A DNA stretch of 64,000 nt from Phoronis australis (lineage: Eukaryota > Animalia > Phoronida). The position numbers and the translations under genes are program-made. The DNA is taken from NCBI GenBank assembly GCA_002633005.1, contig NMRA01000611.1, positions 32,674 to 96,673 of the forward strand. The letters are read 5' to 3'. Below are positions 23,261 to 36,600 of the stretch, one piece after another. The first letter of the stretch is position 1, and each line of letters opens with the position of its first letter. The notes below the pieces were generated by a model. The model was given only the letters and a program-made list of their open reading frames with translations, searched no databases and had not been told where the DNA came from.

Positions 23261-23449
23261 TGGCCTCAATGGTTCTACAAAAGACATTACACCATTATTT
23301 ACTTAATTCACTAACAGCAAATCATTATGTTTTCTTGACCAAAATCAGAACTTCATTGTCTTGGACCCACATATTCGCTATCGAGCATTAATGGCCACTG
23401 AATCTTCTGTCGTGTGGCGTGAAGAGAACATCAGATACTGTCCTGTGAC

Positions 23450-24413
23450 CAATCAACATGATTTTGTTTCTTCTCCGGGCAGTCTTTAGCCCAATGAAAC
23501 ATAGAATTGCAGATCCTGCAGGATGTTCTTCGGCCATATTTGTTTAATGGGTTCGTTCCCCTCTTTGCCATATCTGTTTTGGCTGTCTGTGGAGCTCTCC
23601 GCCACTTCCCATAGAGGACCTCCTCTTTTATCGCAATGCCCTCTGATGCCTCACTTTTAACATTATGTTCCGAAAATTCGTCGAAGTGCCGATTTCATGC
23701 TTTCATACGTTAAGTCCGTACACGCCGTCAGTGTCATTTGTTTTTCTGTTTTGCTCAGATTTGCCCCATCCAGAAGCTTGAATGCAAGAACAGCATCCGG
23801 CAAAAACATGTCATATTTGTGACACTTCTTACTTAAGGAGTCAGTCACAAATAAAATCACTAATTGGCTGACCGTCCTTACGCGTACAGATGTCAAAATT
23901 TTTGTATGCCTCATAAGCATAGTCCTTGCACTCCTTAAGGTAGACCTTATCTAGTTCTTCCGCTAGTGTTATTAGACCATCCTTTTTCTCTAGGTCCTTG
24001 GCCTCCAGTTGCAGTGCAGTTTCCCGTGCTCTCCCTGTGAGAGTTAAACTCACCGCTAGGCCGTGTTTTTCACATGGTAAATCAGTTACCCTCTTCCACA
24101 GTTCTATCTCTTGCTCCCATTCCTGATAGTTTTCCCCAAACCTAGGTAGGTTCTTGTAGCTAACGGTTGAAGACATTTCAACCTTGCTCTACTACCATGT
24201 AAAGTCGTGAGTAAAACAAAGATTGTGCCCAGTTTGCTGTCGAACTAAAAGTGTATTGATATCAACAAATAACAGAATATATACAGAACTATAGGAAGTC
24301 ATTAGGTTCTTGGAATATATGACTCATACAGTACTGACAACTACAAAACAGGAACCAGTAAAGCATAAACAACAACAGGATAGAATATTATGTAACTACA
24401 GGATATAAACACA
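23450..24413 (-). mobile_element. Ty1/Copia GalEa-like element, 5' portion (LTR, PBS, gag)
   Basis: PBS TGGTAGTAGAGC (24186-24197, tRNA-Met type) after an LTR starting at 24198 (far end ~24413 uncertain); gag YQEWEQEIELW..LSLTLTGRARE..LPDAVLAFKLL; knuckle NPLNKYGRRTSCRICNSMFHWAKDCP. Confidence 0.8.
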
Positions 24414-24439
24414 TTCCAGTATAGTAATTAATTAGCACA

Positions 24440-24740
24440 CCGGATATTCATTTTTGAAGAAGTTGTAGCCATTTTAATTTTGAAACTCCCGTCTTTACTA
24501 TTTTTCTGATAACAGCAGACACCTCATTAACGGTACAGACATGGGAATGTTTCTTTGGTGCAATGATCTTATGTATGTTCCTGGTTCAATCATAAGCTCT
24601 CTGCCGCTATAGGAGCACCTGACGTCAACCACGCTGTCTGTGGTCATACCATTAGGTGATGCTGCTAAGAAATTGTACTTCTTGTCGATCACTAATCCTG
24701 ATGGTCTCACCTTCATCTTGAACAGCTGCAAATACATGAC
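24440..24740 (-). pseudogene. YqaJ / lambda-exonuclease-like fragment (transposon accessory protein)
   Basis: VRPSGLVIDKKYNFLAASPNG..VVDVRCSYS, a degenerate form of GL..P.L.ASPDG..EIKCPY. Confidence 0.7.
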
Positions 24741-27700
24741 GTTTAAAAATGACACTTTAAGCAATAATTTTACTAATATTTAAGGGGAATCGACACAGTT
24801 TGCAAAAAAGTCGCAAAGCAGTCATTGTTTTGCGACATCAACTAAGTTATAAAACATTTGAATAATGTTGTTAAGACTTCTTAATGTGAAAAATCCATAT
24901 TTTGTGATTAGTTTTCGTTATTATAGCATTAACGTTTCATTTTTATGAGAGTGGGCACAAACACAAGTGTAGAAAACATTGTCTCTTAGATAGTTGTAAA
25001 ACAAAAAATTCTTTACGACGGTGTCCATAAACCTCGACATGATTATTTTTGAATTGTTCTAAGAGATGAATCTAGAATACCCTGTACGTTTACTGACATT
25101 GAGTCTACAGAAGCTTATTTTCTGAAAACAGCTAAGAGACTCTCACACTTACGTTTTCAAACTGTTCGATCTTTTCATATGTCAAACCATGTGATGTTTT
25201 CGTAGTGTTGATGGGGTTACACATAACCAAGGATTTGCAGATTTTTGCCTTGTTGCGACGTGCCGTCAAAGAACATATTTCCCCGAGCCTTGATGCAGCA
25301 GGTGCCACTCGTGTTCATTAAACCACAGTTGACAACTAGACTATTTCTTAATCTTGGACTTAATAGAGGCTGCCTTATCCTTAGTCACTTGAAAGTAATA
25401 GAAACCTAAACTAAACTGCTAAATGCAGGTTTACAAGTTAGCATTCCTGGTAACAAATTTAAATCCGTCCCCTTTTTTAATGTACAAATGCTGTTTTACG
25501 TGTCTCATGCAACTTCGCCAAAGTTGATTATGCATAAGTCGAAATATCATCAAAATTGAAGTTAACCCAAAGTTTTACCCTCTCATGGGGCTGTGTGTCG
25601 AAATTCCCATGAGTTGGAGCAACATTGTTGCAGTCCGAGGACATAGGCGAAGTTGTGAGTATTTGTAAAATGTAACGATTGTTAAATTTAACGTAATTGT
25701 TACCGCAAAGAAAAAGTAGAAGATTACTCAAAATACAATTTCTTCAAAGTAATGTGTTAAAAACTATGACCTTAACTGCATTAAAAATCATCTGTTCTGT
25801 CAGTGGCCTCTTTAAATAACGGTGGTCTATACTGGCTGCCTGAAGATTAGTGGCTTCTTCCCGATATCTCGCTGCAATGTCGACTTTCTTTTTTTTTAAA
25901 GTAACGTTCAGTTGTGCTAGGCAGTTGAGACTGTTGGACACATTTGACTGCTAATTTAAAAGAAGAATGCTTTTCTTCTTACTGCTGATTCTGAATATTA
26001 GGCTTATTTGAAGAAATGATTGTAGTGAGAAATGAATTTGTAGATTGAATATTCTTACTTATTGTTCTGTGTTCATTGTCTAAAGCCTGGACATAATGCT
26101 AAATGCGGTTTCTAGGCTGAATTTTATAGTATTTCAATTTATTTTTGTGTGTTTTTTAATAAATTGGTAAAATTGTACTAGGTATATTCACATACTGCAC
26201 CTGTCCTGAATTTTTGACATAGGAGGGAGATGAATCTAGTTTATTTCTACTGTGCACAATATCCAGTTTCCAGTTACGTCACACTTTCTGATTGGGACTA
26301 TGTTTTTCTCCTTGAAATAATACACTCATAACTACTGTTTTATAAATAAGGCATGCAGTATGTTCCTTAACTTTGTTGTGTTTCGATAAATCTCATGTTA
26401 TTCAATTGAAAATACAATGTCAAGATGATGGGGTTTGTTTATTGCTGCGGAAATCTTATACAATAGCACATTTACTAGGTTCACATGGGTGACAAAAACG
26501 CTAGCGTTTCAGCCACACAGACAACCCGTCTGCCAAGGGGCAATTTTCCCCAGCAGTTTGTTTCCTCACCACTGGGGTCAGTTTTAAGTGAAAAGTGATG
26601 TCAAACACATTCACCCAGTGCCGTAAATTGATTGGTGTGACAATAGACGAAAGGCCTTCTACCGCTGCGCAGGTATGTCCTTTGAAGTAAGTGGTCTGGC
26701 TATAAGTGTTAGCGAAAACTCCAGTAGTTTTGGGATAACTCAAACCTCCAGCAAAGTACCAACTCTTCACATTACTGGAGTTTTTGCTGCTAGCGTTATA
26801 GCCAGCGTGTGAACTGGGTATTTGATTTTGAATTGTTTGCACTTCCTTGCATGTTTAGCCACAGTCGTTCACTACATGAAGCTCAACATGCAGGTGAATT
26901 GGTAATGTTCATGGAAACAGAATCAGTATCTCAAATACACATTTCGCAACTCACTAATTCATGATTGCTATTACAAGTTGGAAGTCAGTAAGTCTATAAT
27001 GTGTACAGTCTAATCTATCTAAATCTTGTTATTGTTGATTTGTTTTTGATCATTATGTTAATAAAGAACTGTTTGCAAAATCAACCATGGTTTAGTTGTT
27101 AAATTATTTTCGTTACCGACAAATCAACAACATGTAAAGCATCTCAACATTAGCTTGTGTTATGAAATCTCGTACATGAGCTCGGGTGACTTTTGTTTCA
27201 AAGTGAAAAAACCTGCACCCTCTTTAGTTGTCACCTACTTTCTCACAAGTAATACTGTTTTGTGAACAATGAAATATGCAAGTGCTGAAGCAGGTTGACG
27301 TGAAGTTAATAAGTAGTAAGGCATGCTTGTAACTTTAGTATTGCAGAAGGAAAACACCTCACATCACTGACTAAACTTGGTTGTCCATCTTCTCAAGCGA
27401 AACAGTTTTACATCTCTGTGTTAATGCAGAACACGACGTGGAAAAATTGTGAGGAATGAACAACAAAAACTGAACAATACTAATAAAATGTGCTGTTCAA
27501 AAGTAGGGAAAAAGTTTCACAATTGGATCAAGTGCCCTCATGAAATCACTTTAATTTTCAATATTCAAATTTGAAACACTCATTTGAATGGACCTCTTTG
27601 CCCTACTTTTTCTTTCTTAGTCCAACAAAATTGACAATCATGGGGGGTAGCTATAGGATTGGTAACTCCACTGGGCCCCGCAGAAGTTATGCCACCGGAT

Positions 27701-30511
27701 GTACTGAATGTCATCTTTCCTTACTGGGACGATTCTTTGAAGATACTCGATTTGGCATAGTCTCGATGAGCGTTGAAGTTTCCCAAAATTCATGAACTTT
27801 CTAACATCTGTCTGGTTTCATTTCCAGTGCATTTTGAGTGGGTAAAAGCATGCCCTTGTTTGAATAGAAGTTTTTTGATTGTAGGATTTATCCGGGATAT
27901 TGGAAATTATTTTGGTCCTGACCAGTAATTTTTTTTTGTGGTAAAGGGTTAACTGTTTCTTGTGATTTGGTTTTATGAAGAGTGTAAAAGTTACATTTTG
28001 GTGTCTACATGTGTGGCGTAACTTTCAGTAATCTCGTTTGTAATCTTGGTCGCAATCTTTCAGTTCATGCTCAAATTGCGTGGCAGAACAAATCCCAGTG
28101 GAAATTTTCCCTTGTTGATCTCTACGACAAATGAAAAATGTGTTTCCTGATGCAAATACTTATTGGATTCAGTGGTTCACATGGACTGCCTCGTTGTCTG
28201 TAATTCCTGGTACTGTAGTTCTTCCAAGGTGAGAAAATAACATTTAAAGAGAAATGTCCATGGTCAGACTAAGAATTATGACCTGGCGAGTTTCATGACC
28301 TTTCCTTAATTAGTGCTACTGACTGCGTCAACTGGCATTCTTGTAAGTCTATATCGTGTAGACATGATTGACGCTTTCACTTCTGGGCAGCGATTTAATT
28401 GGGTTTAAGGGTCGAGTAGAAATTGAACAGCAGGAGGGCTTGCTCGTGGGTTAAAATGAAGTCACGACTCCTTTGAGATTAAATGGATTTTAAGAAATGT
28501 CAGGATTTTTCACATCCCATTACACTCAAAATCAACATTTCTGTGACATATACCCGTCTTCATACTCAGTCAGGTAAAATTCTTGACTTACTTTTTGATT
28601 TATTTCTTGAAAACCATGTTGGATGTCGAAATACAGGCTGAACTAAACCCTTAGGTAAAAACAATGAAAACTAGAGCAGCACAAGGTCAATCTTCATTGT
28701 CATCTTAAGAGCAGTGAAACCACATCACCCAAACCCAACCTCCCATAAAATATAGAGCTGCTAAGTTTATAATTAATTCTAGGGGGAAAGTTATCAAAAG
28801 TTTTTTCTGCTTACGGAGTTTAAAGAATATCAAAACGAAACCGTAACAGTTGCAACACTCGACTTTATGAAGAAACCCTCTTATAAACTGTGAAATAAAA
28901 ACACACAGGTCAGACTGGTGAAAAGGAGGAGAGGGTACAGCTCTTCCAGGTACTCGAACAATACCCAAATGTTTATAAAAAATATTCTGAAATTCCGCAA
29001 TTGTACAACAAAATTAATTTCTTTCTATATGGATGTCAAGAACTTAACTCAAACGAAAATAAGGTTTTATTTGAAATAGTATCAGAATTTCTTTACATTA
29101 AATCTCTTTGTGTGAGTGGATAGAATTTTATACATCTGTATGAAAATGAATTATTTTCATTCGTTGTCATATATCATTGTATTCTTAACATCAGTTTTTT
29201 TTATTTATGTATTCGTATATAATCCTTGTATATCGACTTCTTTGTATTATTTTTTACCTAGATCTAATGCCTCTTGGCACTTTCTGGGTTATGTATATTC
29301 ATTGTTTTCTGAAGATTTCGTAATAAACATTAAAAAAAGACTGGTGAAAATACCACTAATTTATTGCATAGCAAAAATTCAATTTGACAATAAGAAGAAA
29401 ACATCGACTTTCCTACACAGACTAAAAACATGCTAACACCATCACAGTGAACTAGTATATATACATATACGTATACATATATATATATATATACGTACTC
29501 CATCTTCCCCAGTTACAAGTAATTCATCATCCCTTTCACATAAAAATAGCAATCGAGATTTTTATAATTTCTTAAAGCCTGACTTATGTGCAAATGATTG
29601 AAACTATGAAATATTGCTTCTGACATCTATATGTTACAGATCAAGCTGTTGACAGATAAGAATTTTTTTAATCTTCCTTTTTGCTGAAAATTATAAAAAA
29701 ATCACTTGTCTGCTTTATTGTGAATACCGGTAAAACAGTTGAAGAATTGCGATGGTAGAATCTTTCTAAATCAAATGCCACGATTCGATGGAACGAATTC
29801 AACTACAGTACTAAGCTACTTGAAGCCCAAAAATGTAACACATTATTCAACAAATTTGAAAAAAAAATTTACAGCAAACAAAAAATAAGAGCACCATTTA
29901 GTCAACATACATCTACCCTGGAAAGCACAGCCCACATACAAGTTTTACTCTGAGCAGTTTTCACACAAAATTAAGTATTTCATTTGCTTGAAATATTAGG
30001 AACACAAAAAGCAAACTGAAAGCACTTAAACCTGGCAATTTTGATTGTGCTCTCAATTATCAAGGTCACTTAATACAATATTCTTTCTGTGAATTAAAAA
30101 TAGTTAAGAGTCACCTGATACAATATTCTCTCTGTGAATTAAAAATAATAATTAAGTACAGTATGTTCCAAGAACACTCCATCCATAGGAGGATTTTTCA
30201 TTAAAAATAAGCCCAAGGTCTTTCATGCAAACATCTCAGAATACATACAAGTCTACTAAGAACGGTATTTTTTCTGTAAATCTCACTTAAAGCTTCATCG
30301 CTTTTTTATCAAACTCCCCAAGAGGGTGACTCTAAATCTACAGTACACACCACCATGACAAACTCAGTTCATATTAAGTACATCAAGGGAACATAAAAGG
30401 GAAACCAAAAAACACGTACACAATGCTCCAAAATACTGCGTGTAAAAGTCTTGTATAAATATGTAAATCTTAAACTGGCGTGGAAATGTAAATCCCAAAC
30501 ATGCTTACAGC

Positions 30512-30661
30512 CTGGTCAGCACGCCACCTGTTGGTCACATCACATGGCTCAGTGGACTAGAGTGTTTTAATACACAGTTAGCAGTCCTGTTTGGGGGAAA
30601 ATCTTTTCAGATTTATAGTCATAGGTCATGTGATGTGGCCAAAAGGTGGCGCGCTGACCAG
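30512..30661. repeat. MITE-like inverted repeat with 37-bp arms
   Basis: CTGGTCAGCACGCCACCTGTTGGTCACATCACATGGC vs the reverse complement of 30625-30661, about 4 mismatches. Confidence 0.75.
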
Positions 30662-31015
30662 ATTAAAAATTTTGAGATAAAAACCTTTTGATAACAAGTA
30701 ACTTTATAAGCCCAGGGTTCTTCACTTCTGCGCTTATAGATTGGCCTGTTAACGAAAATTTTCCATTTTTACCAATAAATCTAACATGGGAGTATCATTG
30801 CTTTCACAACAAAGTCCCTAACATGGTAACTCAAAATATCAACACACATCACATCGGACAAAATTCAAGTAGCACGGGCAAGATAAGTACATGAGGGGCA
30901 CATAAATGGAAAATTAAAATTAATGAGTACACAATGTTTCAAAAATACTACATCCATAAGTTGATTATAAGTGAGCCTAATGTGCTTCAATTTTTTCATA
31001 ATTCTTACAGAATAA

Positions 31016-31102
31016 GAAATTTTCCATTTACAGACTGATGTGTAAGCACAGGCATTTAAGATGCTTTTGTGCTTGCACATTGGTCTGTAAATGGAAAATT
31101 TC
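31016..31102 (+). repeat. Near-perfect 87-nt hairpin
   Basis: GAAATTTTCCATTTACAGACTGATGTGTAAGCACA...TGTGCTTGCACATTGGTCTGTAAATGGAAAATTTC. Confidence 0.85.
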
Positions 31103-32378
31103 AAAGTTTTCAGAAAATCACATTGAAAATCATTGCCTTTACAACAAATTCACATTGCATGCCACCAATAATCTGACAGAATTAAGCTTCCCTGCCATGA
31201 CGGGCAATGATGTATCTAGACCCACCATTGGAGCTACAATAACAGTGAATTCTATTTGCACTCACCCACGATAATGCGGAATTAAAATTGTTCTCAGTCG
31301 CCATAATCAGGAAATGAGTCATTTTGTTTCTTTATTTTTGCCCTGCCCTGCATTTCCAGAAAAATGGCAGATATAAGGCACAATCACATACTAGGCAACT
31401 GCACTAATGCTATGTATGTGAAAATTTTAAAATAATTTAGTCTCGGAAGTTCTTTTATCTTAAACTGAGATTCTGAATAAAGTTATGTACCACACACAGC
31501 CTTGAAAAATTTTAACAGCCACAAAAATGGAAACACTTAGTGCTTAATAAAAGAGGAACGTTTAAATCTTACAGTGATACACAGAATGCACCATTTCAAA
31601 AACTCTAGAGTCAAAAACTTATGCACTCGTATCAAAACTCATCCTCAGAACTGCCATCCAAAAGATTGCCCCCAGATCTCTCCTCACTCTGAAAATAACA
31701 AGGCGAGAATATTACAAAAGCACCACACCTAATCAAAAACAGAGAAGAGTTAAAATGGATGCTACTAAACCAACAGGGCAGCAACACTTTGAACTACACT
31801 GTGTGCCAGAAGGTGGAACAGTTTTGGCTTGACAACAGTTCAGCGCCACCTGGAGACTTAAAAAACAGCATGGGGATTTCACTTTCTGTGGTGATCACGC
31901 TGTCAAATTATCACCTGCAGTGTAGACAGGAGTTCAAATGACTCGTACAAAAAGTCATCACAGTGAGAAGTTTACATTTACACTGAACCAATATACAAAA
32001 CGAAGTTAAAGCAACCTTGTTCTCACTGGTGCCTATAATTTAATTTTGCACTTCAAAACCAACGCAATTGCTGTCTTATCCTTAGTTTGATGGCGCTGCA
32101 TGGGGATTTAAAAGAGTCAAGAATAAGTGTAGCATAATGTCATGGGTGGTCGTACTTATTTGCCCACAATTGTCACTCAACTGTCACTGGCAATAGAAAC
32201 AGTCATACACAGAACAACAGTTAAACTTATTTGCCTAGTAACAAAATCTTGAAGTAATAGCGAGAGAATTTTCAGCATGCTGCTGCAAAGCAAGAGACTG
32301 GTAAACTGGCATACAACAGTGTTCCATGAATGCAAAAACAGCAGTTAAAAGTTCCATGTTATCTAAATCATAATACAT

Positions 32379-32835
32379 ATAGATTATTACATGTTCTCAG
32401 TCGTTATCCCCTGTATTCTAGAGCCCGATTGGATTTTGGAGAATTATCGCCCTCGGGGTTAACACCCCTCGGTCGATAATTCTCCAAAATCCACGAGGGC
32501 TCTAGAAAAGGGAGATAAAATTCACTATTATAAATTAAAATATCGTTTTCATTGAAATTATGCGTCTTATTTTTCATAACGGATAAATGTCGGTACAATG
32601 CCGTTTATTGAACATGTGATTAGAGAGCGTTCTCATTTAAGCATTCTAGTTTAAGTTCGATGACGTCTGCCACTGAATGGTGCAGTGGTAAAGTCGACGA
32701 CTCGAAACTCTTGCAGACCGGGTTCGAAACCGGCCTCGATTCCCACCAAAATGTTATCTCACTAGTGAGATAACTAAATGGGTTATTACATGGCTGTATT
32801 GGCCATTCGAGTCTGATACTGTGGACGTATAAAGC
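32379..32835 (+). mobile_element. Non-autonomous hairpin-ended repeat with tRNA-like cassette, copy 1 (internally deleted)
   Basis: Homologous to 59824-60577; terminal stem-loop; A box TGGTGCAGTGG (32678), B box GGTTCGAAAC (32721), CCA at 32748; palindrome GTTATCTCACTAGTGAGATAAC at 32753-32774. Confidence 0.8.
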
Positions 32836-33681
32836 ATGTTATCTATATTATAATAAAGCAGCAAACTCCACCTAGGCTTTACTGTGTCAATGGATATCGT
32901 AGCCACCTACCTTTTCTAAGCCACCCCACGTATCCACACAGTTACCATGCACCGCTCTAGATGTGTTAGCTTTCAAGGCTACATTGGTTTGGTTATTTTT
33001 GGAATTGCGCTCGGCCTTTGTTTTGCCATGAATTGATGATTCACGTGCTGTGTCATGCAATATCATCTTTGACATAGTTAATTCAGGGTATATTTATTTT
33101 ATTTTAAACACCTAAACATACGGTTTTCCACATTTTGTTGGCAGCGGTATTAAGAAATTTGTTTCTGGGGTAAAAGAACCAGATATTAATTATTTGTACC
33201 TGAGAAACAAATGCAACTACTACAACCAATTGGGTTAACACCCTGGGGTGCTTTAACTGACCAGTCAGGAAACGGGAGGGGGTGGACGCTGAACCTGAGA
33301 TAGGCACTTAAATTAGAAATTTCAAGAAATTGAGCCTGAGCACTTACCCAAACATGGGCACTTAATCAGAGCCATACAGTCACCCTGGCCACCAATGACG
33401 TTCGAAACTAGAAGTCCACAGACCCAAAGTAAAAGAATTTGTTGCCAGCCTAGTTGCCGACATAAAAGTTGTATGAGCGCTCTCAAACCGAACCGGGTAT
33501 TTGAGTAGCTAAATATGCAACTTGTGAAAGGGGGTGGGTGCTTACGTGAGCATGGGTATCAACCCAAATAATAACATTTAAAATACGAAATATATAATGT
33601 GCACGACCGCTACTTACATCCACGTGGGTTAGCGTTAGTGACACATAACATGTTTTTCACCAAGATATCAAAATCACATAC

Positions 33682-36600
33682 TCTGAGCAGTTTGAATCTT
33701 TCTCTTCTATCGCTTCCACGGCGACACTTTTTTACCCAGCATGCCACAGCAGTAATACAGAAGACTCCAAGTAGACTCAACACCACAGGAACAGCAACCA
33801 CGGTAACTGTGTCATGACCCTACAACACAGTGGGAGGACTGGTTCAGAGTTCACTGAACAATGTAAGCACAGTTGCACCAACATCACATTTCCAGGGCTG
33901 CCAACTCATTTGGAACATATTTAAGTATCAATCTTCGTGCTAAAAATCTGTGTTTTACTGGTGAAATGCCCCATTTCCCATAATTTTTAAAATTTTCAAT
34001 TTCAATATAAAAATGGCATGATAGACCCATTCACATTTCTGTTTCAAAAGTGTAATTAAAAACTGCATGCCACATTGCTATATTGCAGTCTTGCACAGCT
34101 CGGTTTTACGTTGCCGAACTGGTGTCAACGACACTGACTAGTTTCATCTCACCAACCAGCAAATCTTGAATTAACATCTCATTCATTTCTGATCCTTGCT
34201 AATAATAAAGGATCTGCGGTGTTCAGTGCTGAAATTGGCGCAGTGAAACATGGTGAATTCCTAATTTCCTATTTTCTAAACGTACTCTCAATTCCTTCAT
34301 TACCTGAAGTATGTAATATCTCAACTATTTTTCATTGAGTGAAGTTTGTAGTCCACAACAGAAGCACACTGCACTGAGATCCAATGAACAGTTTTAAATC
34401 AGTGACAATACACATTTTTGGCGATGAAATTAAGAAAAAGCTTTCTGCAAGAAGCTTAGTTACATAAGCATTTGACACAAAACTTACCTCAAAGATTTTG
34501 AAAATATTGAACGTGTCGTCACTTGATTGTCCTGAATAAAATACAAAAGATTAAAATGACAAACCTTGATGTAGGAAACCGTAATAAAGACAAATTGTAG
34601 CGAGGACATATTTGATGTTATTTCTTATACAAACATGAATCTCCACATATCCTAGATGCATCATTTTAGGCTTGGAGGGGTAACTAGTCCCCATAGTGTT
34701 CTAGAATTTTGTAGATGGTTGGCTTTCACATATAAGTATTTTAAATTGACATGAAAGGTCAGCAAAAGCAGTTCTTTGTGAATCCTATTCCTAATTATAC
34801 AACACTCCCAGTTGGCCTGTGTAACCAAAGTCAGCTTAACAAAGGATTTGTAGTCTTGGCTGAGTGCTTTTATTACCCTCTAATGATTCTGAATAGCCAA
34901 GCCCAGAAAGTTTCAATACTAATGATGGTGTTCAAGTGGCTCCAGTTAAAGCAGCTACCATACTTCTGACATAAAAACTAATTTTTGATTTCGACCACTT
35001 CCTTTAACAAACTTGGTCTCAAATAGTTCATTGCTCAAATCAGATGTGACATCTGGACTGAGGAAGAATAGACAGTTCGTTATTGCTCAAGATCAGACTC
35101 ACTGGCTTGTAACAGCAGGTCATTTTATGCATCAAGCCAGAGTATTTCACTTTTTCCAAGCACAGAAACCACTTCTCACTTGAGTTGAGATCAATTTTAC
35201 AGCTGTTGTAAGTGGTCAAAATTAAAAGTACTGTACGGTAAAAATTCTCCAATTTGGCACAGGCTCTAGAATTTGGAACATGGAAACTCCAGGAAAAATG
35301 AATTTTCTTGATTATGTAATTTGGGAAAAAGTAAATTTTTGGCGTTCACCATATTTCTCAAATTTTGGAAATGTATTTTCAGTCTACAAAGTGGGTACTT
35401 TTGCTGTTCCTCTGGTGATTCAAGAATTTGGGACGGCCAATATTGCCTCTTTTTAGAATTTAGTCCAACCATGACCAAAATAATTAATTTTCACTGTCCC
35501 CAATTGGAGAATTTTAACGTAAAACTCGCATCACAAGTTGGACATGCATAAGTCAGATTTTCGCTAAACGCGGACTAAGTTCGTGGTAGAGTTGTTCTAG
35601 TTTGTGAATTCGGCCTTTCTGATTAGTCACAGTTCACCTTAATTGGAGGAAATCTCTCCATTCCATCAGACATTACTTACATGAGTTGCACGTTTATTCT
35701 TGAATCAGTGACACAGAGAAATGGTATACATTACTGTCAGCAGGAAACTGCACTATGATGTGAAGGTGCAACTGAACTGCCAAATGAAAGTGATAATTTT
35801 CTGCTATCACAGCCAAAAATTGAAAGTATACCTTGACAATTTTTTACCGTGATTGTAGAAAATTATTTCTTACATGAACCCTATCAGTCAACAGATCCTA
35901 TGTAATGATAAACTGTCAAATGTTTTCTGAAAAAATACTTTACCAAGGATGCTTTCATAAAAATATGTACATAGCAGTACAAGCCAAAAATATTCAGTTA
36001 CTATTAACCTGGAATTCCATCATGATGCCTAGGCGAAAGCCAAATTCATCGCCAGAGCAGTCTTTCCTAATCAATTGAAAATGAAGGGGAATTGACAGGA
36101 AAGTTAGTAAAATGGCTCGGCCATTTTGTAATTACAGTTTTGCCACCTCAATAATTATTACCAATTATTTCTGCTGTTAGCAGTCAGAATTAGTTATCGT
36201 GACAGGAAAATGGCATTTTGTCTGATTACTTTTGTCTTGTACTGAAGTAACAATATGAGCACTAAACTTATGGTAAATAAAGAAAAATATACGGTAAATA
36301 AGATTTTGATAAATATTTTCGTGGAAAATTAAAGATTTTGGTAATTACACCTAAACAACCAATCCAGTTAGCACTCTCTGGCCAAACATAAAAACTATAC
36401 CTGGTGAGGTCGAAGACACGTGTTCTGCATCTGTAGTAGATTCTGCTGTGGTATAGTCTATTGTGACTTGAGTTACCCTTCCTTGTGAAGAACCATGAAA
36501 AGAAACTGACTCGCTGGTTGAACTTGATAATGGACCCGTAGGCCCTGCTGATTGTTCTCTCGTTGTTGGGGACTGTCTTGTTGTTATTGCAGTTGCTGTT

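Noticed and set aside
24800-30400. Short ORFs and possible repeat relics (e.g. 26501-26842, 28705-28968, 29116-29436)
   Set aside because: No recognisable domains, consistent splice pattern or element termini that I could support.
35680-35776. Extra exon of the mucin-like gene (AG...GTAAGT on -)
   Set aside because: Contains an in-frame stop in the required phase, and the flanking exons already join in phase without it.
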